Origin: Minutocellus sp. GHC0000111 | Lineage: Eukaryota | Assembly (NCBI GenBank): GCA_977018835.1 | Contig: OZ361257.1 | Span: 4,898,001 to 4,962,000 of the forward strand | DNA length: 64,000 bases | Direction: 5' to 3' | Part shown: piece after piece, positions 56,830 to 64,000 of the stretch | Position numbering within the stretch: the first letter of the stretch is position 1 | Layout: each line of letters begins with the position of its first letter | The notes under the pieces: generated by a model | Database searches by the model: none | What the model was told of the DNA's origin: nothing | The model's input: the letters and a program-made list of their open reading frames with translations, nothing else | Translations under genes and position numbers: made by a program

Positions 56830-58608
56830 TTATTTGAGTGTCCATACTGGATCGTCTCCTCCGTCGACGGGCCGTCCATCCATCTCTCGTACCAATCTAT
56901 ACACTTCCACAACGCCAACTTCAAACATATCCGAACCACCAAGGGGTTCATTGTTGAACCCAACTGCAGGCGCACTCTCGCCCTTGGTCATGTCCTCATT
57001 CAACCTCAACCCACTCGATCCATCCTTGTTGGCACCCATGGCGATGTAGTCCTCACAGCTCACCTGGAACTGTTCAAGTAACGCGTCGACTTTGGTATCA
57101 TCCTTCGATGGTCTCCACTTGTAGCATTTCGGATTGGGAGAAGCACGGAACAGGAAGCATTCTCCATCGCCATAAATCTTGGGCCGCTTATGCGATACCC
57201 ACGCCTGGCTGGCAAACATTCCGATTGTAGCGCCGGTACCCAACACCTCGACAAGGCAAACTGTATGCTTTGTTCGTGACACCTTGTCATAGAATGCCTC
57301 CAGCGATCGGCCATGAACGTTGGTTGAAAAGATTACATCCAATTTCGTCGAACGATACTGCAGAGGCATCCATTCCGCCAATGCCGCTCTCACTCCACTG
57401 GGAACACCAAGTTCAATAGGAACATCGGCATGCTTGACATATCCCAGCGGAGGAGGAGGGGGCATCTGCAAATTGTTGGTCGACACATGCGACGCGGCCC
57501 AATCTTCATTGAATTTGACCATTCGTGCAATCGTTCGACGGCGGGGAAAGTTGACGCGTTTCCTCCATTTGCTCCCCACGGGCCCGTACGCCTTTTTCAC
57601 CAGCTTGTCGAAATCAAAGTGTTTGGAATGGGCATAATCGCGCAACTTCTTCCAAAAGGTATTGGAATCGGGCGTCTTGGCGGCTTTCAGCTCCGTCTTG
57701 TAGAGCGCAATCAACGCCACACCGAAGCGAAATAGGACCTTGGCACCCTCAATGGTATAAATGTCCATGATGCGCATCACGTGCTCATATCTCAGTAAGG
57801 GAGTAAAAAACCTACGAAATATCGGATCCAACCCCCTCGGTGTGAGGGCACCGTTGTCCTCAATCTCTCGTGCCGTTTCGGGATGCAACTTCTTCATCAA
57901 TTGAGCAAAGCTTCTGCAATAGGAATAATGATCGACTTTGCACGGTGCGACGAATTGGGAGTGATCGTTGACCATCTCCCGCAACGTGGCGTACGCGTAC
58001 GATTCCGGCATGTAATTGAGCAATATTGCGGCCATATCAGGAACTAGTGGAGCGTATTCGATGGCCGAATGCATGTGCCGCAAGACACACAGAACGCGGA
58101 TCAGTGATTGCCGACCATTGGGAAGAATTGGAGCACCTCCATGCGACTTGTGCAGTAGGTCATCCATATCTTCACGGTGCAACCCATAATCGGGCAACGT
58201 GGCGCAATTTTCATCTTCGGACGTGGCAAAGGTTTGCTCCAGCACCAGCTTCCATGTATGGTCAACACTTGCCGTGCGACTCTGCGTGCCGAACTCCTCG
58301 GCCCATTCCTTGGGCTGGTGGGAGTTGGAAACGCGCATGACCGAGCTGATCCATACCGCACAGCGCAGCGCTGGAGGTATGCCGTCGCGGCAGGCTTGTT
58401 TGAGCTCGTGACGTTCCTTGGATCCGGTGAAGAGGGGCGGACGGTCCGACCAGGGCGATTGGTTGATACCGGATGAATCGATGGGTTTGCCGCGGAGGGT
58501 ATCACTGGAGAGTACAAAGAGACGATCGTCTTTTGGTTGAGGGACATTTGATTTACTGATTGGGAGAGACGGTCTGCTCCCATCAGTGGGAGTTGTAGCG
58601 GCAGCCAT
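56830..58608 (-). CDS. Rab-GAP TBC + TLDc protein (TBC1D24-like)
   Basis: RDGIPPALRCAVW, RIMDIYTIEGAKVLFR (TBC); STNVHGRSLEAFY, YGDGECFLF (TLDc); ATG at 58608. Confidence 0.9.
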   Translation of the reverse strand: MAAATTPTDGSRPSLPISKSNVPQPKDDRLFVLSSDTLRGKPIDSSGINQSPWSDRPPLFTGSKERHELKQACRDGIPPALRCAVWISSVMRVSNSHQPKEWAEEFGTQSRTASVDHTWKLVLEQTFATSEDENCATLPDYGLHREDMDDLLHKSHGGAPILPNGRQSLIRVLCVLRHMHSAIEYAPLVPDMAAILLNYMPESYAYATLREMVNDHSQFVAPCKVDHYSYCRSFAQLMKKLHPETAREIEDNGALTPRGLDPIFRRFFTPLLRYEHVMRIMDIYTIEGAKVLFRFGVALIALYKTELKAAKTPDSNTFWKKLRDYAHSKHFDFDKLVKKAYGPVGSKWRKRVNFPRRRTIARMVKFNEDWAASHVSTNNLQMPPPPPLGYVKHADVPIELGVPSGVRAALAEWMPLQYRSTKLDVIFSTNVHGRSLEAFYDKVSRTKHTVCLVEVLGTGATIGMFASQAWVSHKRPKIYGDGECFLFRASPNPKCYKWRPSKDDTKVDALLEQFQVSCEDYIAMGANKDGSSGLRLNEDMTKGESAPAVGFNNEPLGGSDMFEVGVVEVYRLVREMDGRPVDGGDDPVWTLK

Positions 58609-59033
58609 GAGAAAAAAATGTTCTGCGGAAAATCCTATAGTTGTGTGAGTTCTGTGACGATGCGTACGATCGTAGAATGAATTAGAATAGCAAAATGCTC
58701 GGCAGAAACAACAGCTGCCTGCCGGTAGAGACTGGTTAGACGGTCCGTAGCAATACTCGAACCAATTAAATTGCTGCTTCGCTCCGCTCTGGTTGATGTT
58801 CGCTTCACCCGGTTCGCCGCTCTGCATGCGTTGAGATGTCGATTTTTGGCGGGCCGGTACGTACGTGAGCCCTTGTCCGTATGTACGTAATCTGTACGGG
58901 ATACGTACGTCCCTCAAATGCGCCGCAGTCGCCGTAGTCGTGATTTTCAGCAACCGCAGCCCGCCATGTTGGGTGGCCGTCAGCCACCTCTGACTCTACT
59001 CCGTTGGACTGACTCTCTGCTGACTGATGCACC

Positions 59034-60938
59034 ATGGCCAACAACGAATTGGCCGGCGCCATCAAAGAATTGCAAGATGCCGTCGGAGAATTTGCACAGG
59101 CTGTCGCCGGCATCACCGGCGGTGAAACCAGCACAACAACCGCCGCTGCTGCTGGGGCTGCTGCTTCCGCCGATACCAGCACAACCAGCGCCAGTCCAAA
59201 CTCGTCGTCTTCTTCTTCTCAGCCCCTCCCCAAAAAATTGTATCAACACCAAGATCTGACCGTCGGCGATCGTCTGGTCAACACGTACGTGGCCGACCGG
59301 CGCCCCAACAGCCCCCACCTGCACCGTCAGGGATTCTGCGTGGGATTTTCGGGCACGTATGCCGAGCCCAAGGTTCGAATGCTGCTGGACAACGGGCAGC
59401 AGATTACGGTATTGCTTAGCAGTGTGCAAAAGGTGGCCAAGGACGAGGCGGTGTTTGAGGGCGATCCGGCCGATGAGGAGCTTTGGATGGCCGATTTTGC
59501 AGAGGACGTCCAAGGAAATTTGAAAAAGGTGGTGACGGAACTGCACAGGAGGGCTGCCAAAATACGAAAGCGGATTCAACAGGAGAAAAAGCGGCGGCAC
59601 ATGGAGCAGCAGCGGCAAGCAGAGAAGAAACGACAGAAGATGGCAGCAGATACTGCCGATGCTACTGGCGATATCAATGGTACCGGTGAGATTGATTCCA
59701 AACCAGCGGCAGTTGCGGAGGCAGCAGCACCCGCGCCCGCAACCGCCGAACTCTCCACCGAACAAAAGCGAGAACGGCTGGCCCTCAAGCGCAAGCGGCT
59801 CGAGTTGGAGGTGGCGCAGAAGAAGTTGGCCGCCGCCCAGGCCAAGGCCACTAACGCCCAGAAGCGCAGTTTGCTGCACAGAAAGAAGGAACAAGAGAAA
59901 GCGTTGGCGGTGAGCCGACAAGCGACGCCGGTGCCGGGGGAGGTTCCGTCGAAGGCACCCCCGAGGAAGAAGCGGAAGTTGACCGACCTGGCGGCGTTGC
60001 GTCGACCCACTATACTCGTACAAAACATATCGGCGTCCGGACCCAATGAACTGGTATACATCCAACCGAGGACGTCAGATACGAAAGAAAATGATAATGA
60101 CGCCGAATCAAAGTCACGCCTGCCGACTCCGCAGCGGGAGGAGAAGAAGACAGAGCTGCAGAAGCGCCAAAAGGAGGTGTTGGAGCGGAGAGCAGAGCTC
60201 CTACGAAAGGCGGAGCTGCTCAAACAGAAGCAGCAGGAGAAACGAAAGAGTTTGGAGTTAGAAGAGGAGGAGGTCGATGATGATGAAGTTGGTCATAGTA
60301 ATGACGATGCAGAGATGGCGGCTGATGGTGGTATGGAGATGACTAGCGATGATGAAGGCGATGACGACCTCGACAATGATGATAATCTGAGAAGCGGCAC
60401 AGCTAGTGAGGCCGAGAATGACGGCGCAACAGTCGACAATGGCGATGCAGACCAAATGGAACAGCTTCGTCTACGACGGTTGGAGCTGCAATCGACGATA
60501 TCGCAACAGGCCCAAACACAGACGGAGCTGAAAAATTCCATCGAGGTACAGAACTTGCGCGGTATGGTTCGGACGCAGCTGGGCGTACTGACCAAGCAGG
60601 GCCAAAACCTATCGGAACGAACCGCACAATTGAAAGAGTGCACGGTTGACAGCGAATCGGAACGCAAAGAGGTGGAAGATGCGGAGCAGAGATTGGAGGA
60701 GCTGCTGGAGAAGAAGCGGCGGTTAGAGATCATGGCTGGGACATTTACCGACAAACTTTTGGACAGTCGCAAGAAGAATGCCGAAATACTGAAAGGAAGA
60801 GTTGTAGACAATTGTGGTGGACCCGATGCTGCTGCTGGCGGGCCACTGAGTCGAAGTCGCTCCCGATCTCCTCGACAGGGCGGCAGGCACAGCAGGTCCA
60901 AACGAAACAAGGGAGGGGCGGCGGCAGACTTTTTCTAA
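59034..60938 (+). CDS. Uncharacterised coiled-coil/low-complexity protein
   Basis: 634-aa ORF, K/E/R-rich heptads, NLS-like PRKKRK, RS-rich tail. Confidence 0.7.
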   Translation: MANNELAGAIKELQDAVGEFAQAVAGITGGETSTTTAAAAGAAASADTSTTSASPNSSSSSSQPLPKKLYQHQDLTVGDRLVNTYVADRRPNSPHLHRQGFCVGFSGTYAEPKVRMLLDNGQQITVLLSSVQKVAKDEAVFEGDPADEELWMADFAEDVQGNLKKVVTELHRRAAKIRKRIQQEKKRRHMEQQRQAEKKRQKMAADTADATGDINGTGEIDSKPAAVAEAAAPAPATAELSTEQKRERLALKRKRLELEVAQKKLAAAQAKATNAQKRSLLHRKKEQEKALAVSRQATPVPGEVPSKAPPRKKRKLTDLAALRRPTILVQNISASGPNELVYIQPRTSDTKENDNDAESKSRLPTPQREEKKTELQKRQKEVLERRAELLRKAELLKQKQQEKRKSLELEEEEVDDDEVGHSNDDAEMAADGGMEMTSDDEGDDDLDNDDNLRSGTASEAENDGATVDNGDADQMEQLRLRRLELQSTISQQAQTQTELKNSIEVQNLRGMVRTQLGVLTKQGQNLSERTAQLKECTVDSESERKEVEDAEQRLEELLEKKRRLEIMAGTFTDKLLDSRKKNAEILKGRVVDNCGGPDAAAGGPLSRSRSRSPRQGGRHSRSKRNKGGAAADFF

Positions 60939-61024
60939 TACGTACACACATACACACAGGTAATTCTCTGAATTGAATAAATAATGTATGTACCCTTAGA
61001 CCAATAGCCCAATATTGCACGCAC

Positions 61025-61791
61025 CTACCGCTTATCAATCTTATCAAAATCCAGCTCGTCCACCACCCCATACGGCACATAATGCCTCTCCATATCCAAC
61101 AAGCCCAATTCAATTCCTACCTCATAAAAGCTCGTTACCGAAAAGTCACTAATGTCATGTGCCGTATGCGCGACTGTTATTTCGTCACACACCACCTTGC
61201 ATGCCGCTTTCGTGACCTCCTGCAGCATGGCGTAGTCCTTGAAGTAGGATTTGAGCGGTGGTTTGTCCAACTGTTGCCGTTTGGCGTTCTTCCGATTGAG
61301 ATAGGCATCGACCGTTTGTTCCAATTTGGTCGCTATGCAAGTGTTATCGACATCACTGCTTCCATTTAATGATGCGTCTCCCATATTGTGATGCTCCTTC
61401 AGAACCCTGAGCATATCGGAGTATTTGTACTCCACGATAACATTGTCTCGTGGTGCATTGACGGTGTGATACGGATCAATGTGCTCATCGAGTACGACCA
61501 GCCCTCGCTTATGCCCAGCATTTTGCTCACGAGAGGCGTGATGGCACTGATACCTCGTTCCGATATGGGATCGCCCTGAGTAATGAGCAGCTTGGGTTTG
61601 GAATTCATCGTGCTAGCACACGTGGCATTGCTGCTTTCGCCGGCATTGCATGACGTAGGCGACGATGAGTCAGACCAATGCGATTGGAGAGATGCGACGA
61701 TATTGGCGGCAACTTGGGCAGGAGGGCGGGGGTCGTAATACCCCATCCCCTCAATTATGACTGGGTGATACCTTGCGAGTTCGGCGAGCAT
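61025..61791 (-). CDS. Uncharacterised protein split by frameshift(s) near 61400-61510
   Basis: Two overlapping same-strand ORFs with protein-like composition. Confidence 0.5.
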
Positions 61792-62105
61792 GGTTAGTTT
61801 CTAATATACTATGAATTCGGCTCTCTGCTACAGGCATGCGATTCTCGGAGCGAGGCAGAAAAATGAGATGAGTTTTTGGTTTGGCGGCTTGGCGGAGCGA
61901 CGGAAAGACCAAAAGTCATCGGATGGGGACATCGCGCGTGGTCATGCTTGCTCAGCTCTTGGCGCCCGCCCATCCAAACGAGAATTTGGCGGCAAGTTGC
62001 CTTGCCCCTTCATTCATTTGTTCTGTACAAGCATCATACCTAACCACAACGAGAAGCATTTATTTGTAAAGCAAAGAAATCAAGTCAACGGCCATCTATC
62101 TCTAA

Positions 62106-63357
62106 ATGAGAGTTCCAAGCCCTACGTCGACCATCATGACCGCCAGCGCCGCCTCCGCTTCCGGCACAAAAAGCGCTACTAATTCTACTTCGACAATCTC
62201 AAAGAATGTCTGCACCCAATGTCCTCCCACCACTGCAAAGCACTACCCCCTTCAAGGACCTCACCCATCACAAACTTTTTCGCACTTAATAAAAACTTAA
62301 TTCGAGCGATGCCGCCAATCCTCCATCATTCGCAACGATCCGCTAGCCGCCGACGTCCTCCGTCGTCGCATCGTGCCAGGGCAATTCAGGCTGGTGACCG
62401 AACACGAGCCCAGCTTGTTTGCCTTGAAGAGACCCGCCACGGTCACGCAAAAGGTAAACATGGACGAGTCTTTTGATCAGAATAAATTCAACTTCAACAA
62501 GGTTAGGGGTGACGAGGAGGTTCTGGCGGTACTACAAGATGGAGATGAGCAGAGTCATCGCATACTGGTCAACGTCAGCCCGCTCATGTTTGGCCATGGT
62601 CTGCTCGTACCATTTGCGGAGCAATGTCTGCCGCAGCAATTGACATCGGATGCAATCGATTTGGCTATAAGACTGTTGCGGAGAGACATTGACTATGCCA
62701 CAGACGAAATTCTCAACGATAGTAGCAGCAGTAGCGGCAAGTCGACAAATCCATCCGCCGACACATTCTGCATCGGTTTCAACAGCCTCGGTGCCTTCTC
62801 GTCCGTCAATCATTTGCATCTTCACATTTTGTACCCGTCCGAGTTGGATCATGAGGCACGTGGTGAGAGACTGCTTCCCGATGGCAGAACCAATTTTCCC
62901 ATTGTATATGCATCCACCAAGCGGGTTGTGACGGAAAATTATCTGCAGAATAAATGCCGGGTTGAGGAGTTGCATTGGACCGTCCCGTGCTTTGCGTTTC
63001 AAGCTAGTGTGGATGAATGCCTTCCCAATCGGTGGCGTCCTTCGTGCGACATTTACACGAGCAGAGGATACCGCACAATGTGCTCTTTATCCAGAAAAAA
63101 GCGACGGCAATAGCAATGACGAAAGTGCCCATAGTACAATCCGATGCATCGTCATCCCCCGGCAGCACCAGGATCACTTCGACAAGGACAAACATGGGTT
63201 CAATGCGGTACTTGGAGAGATATCGGGCATGCTGATTGCTCGTACGAAGGAGCACTTTGAACCATTCCAAGAATTAGATATCATAGAGCAGATGCAAAAA
63301 TATGTGGCGTGTGAATACAATGATTTGGAGGGCATTTACGAGGAGCTTCAAAGGTAG
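62106..63357 (+). CDS. GDP-D-glucose phosphorylase 1 / VTC2-family HIT protein with several frameshifts; start uncertain
   Basis: FDQNKFNFNKV, VNVSPLMFGH and GFNSLGAFSSVNHLHLH motifs; continues in shifted frames as IPHNVLF and IVIPRQ..GFNAVLGEISG. Confidence 0.8.
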
Positions 63358-63382
63358 AGACGAGGAGCTGCAAAGGTAGAGA
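63339..63382. repeat. 22-bp tandem duplication spanning the stop codon
   Basis: CGAGGAGCTTCAAAGGTAGAGA followed by CGAGGAGCTGCAAAGGTAGAGA. Confidence 0.8.
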
Positions 63383-63423
63383 TAGGTAGCACGGAAAGTT
63401 TGTAGAAACATGTTGATCTTATT

Positions 63424-64000
63424 CTATTCTTTATTTTGATTCATTGCATCAAAAACAGATGCAGAATGTATTTGCATGGAGTACATGGAGCTTCCACCAA
63501 CACTTTGGTCGTCAACCCCACCAGCAGCATCATCGGCATTGTCCGTTCGATACGCCGCTGGCATTTCCAGCTGGAAGAAGCGCGTTTCGTCATCGGTGCC
63601 AGTCGAGCTGGCAACTTCCGCAAGCAGGTTGGTGTACTTGCCACGAAGAATGTCGTCGGTAGTTTCGTCCAGATCGACAGATGTGTCGGCATTGCTCACA
63701 TCGTCGTCGATGATCTGATCGCCAGAAGTCTTCCTGGAACCGTTGGCGGCCATCGAGTTATCCAGATAACGCAACGAGTCCAAGTTGTCTTCCGGTTTAT
63801 TCTCATCATCATCGTCATCATCATTTCCTAGGATTGATCCGATAATTGATCCTGCCGCACTCTTGGTAGTCGAACTGGGGGCGCCCTTGCTGCTAAAACC
63901 AACGTCGCTGTTGGACTCATCGACCTCTGGGATGGTGGCCGAGTGTATGGACGGAGCAGGACGAGTGTGGAAAAGAAGGGATTCGTCCTCAGCCTCGGAA
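63424..64000 (-). CDS. 3' end of an uncharacterised acidic protein (runs off the window)
   Basis: Open D/S-rich frame ending at 63424. Confidence 0.55.
   Translation of the reverse strand, partial: SEAEDESLLFHTRPAPSIHSATIPEVDESNSDVGFSSKGAPSSTTKSAAGSIIGSILGNDDDDDDENKPEDNLDSLRYLDNSMAANGSRKTSGDQIIDDDVSNADTSVDLDETTDDILRGKYTNLLAEVASSTGTDDETRFFQLEMPAAYRTDNADDAAGGVDDQSVGGSSMYSMQIHSASVFDAMNQNKE

Noticed and set aside
58980..60223. Antisense ORFs (361 and 215 aa) over the coiled-coil gene
   Set aside because: L/F/S-rich mirror of a K/E/Q-rich sense frame.

Overview
Gene-dense eukaryotic nuclear DNA, almost certainly from a diatom, and probably a centric one. This is inferred from short GT-AG introns, bipartite plastid-targeting 'xSAF/AAF' presequences, a nuclear petJ, a diatom-type cyclin and a flagellar CFAP57-like gene. 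About 30 protein genes are recognisable, including two inverted MscS-like paralogs, a NELF-B-like/bromodomain fusion, a RelA/SpoT homolog, a VDE-family lipocalin, TrmK, PanE, PetJ, a YbaK-OB-exonuclease fusion, GH125, NAA50, a TBC-TLDc protein and a GDP-hexose phosphorylase. Several genes carry single-base frameshifts, which may be assembly errors. Mobile DNA comprises a 177-bp TA-flanked MITE and a decayed Tc1/mariner-type transposase. The most striking signal is in that transposase: 752 bp contain no TpA dinucleotide, CpG is retained, Tyr is nearly absent and Cys/His/Met are abundant. This pattern fits strand-symmetric TA->TG/CA hypermutation of a transposon, a candidate RIP-like genome-defence process acting on adenines. 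All family assignments come from motif recognition by eye, not from database searches.
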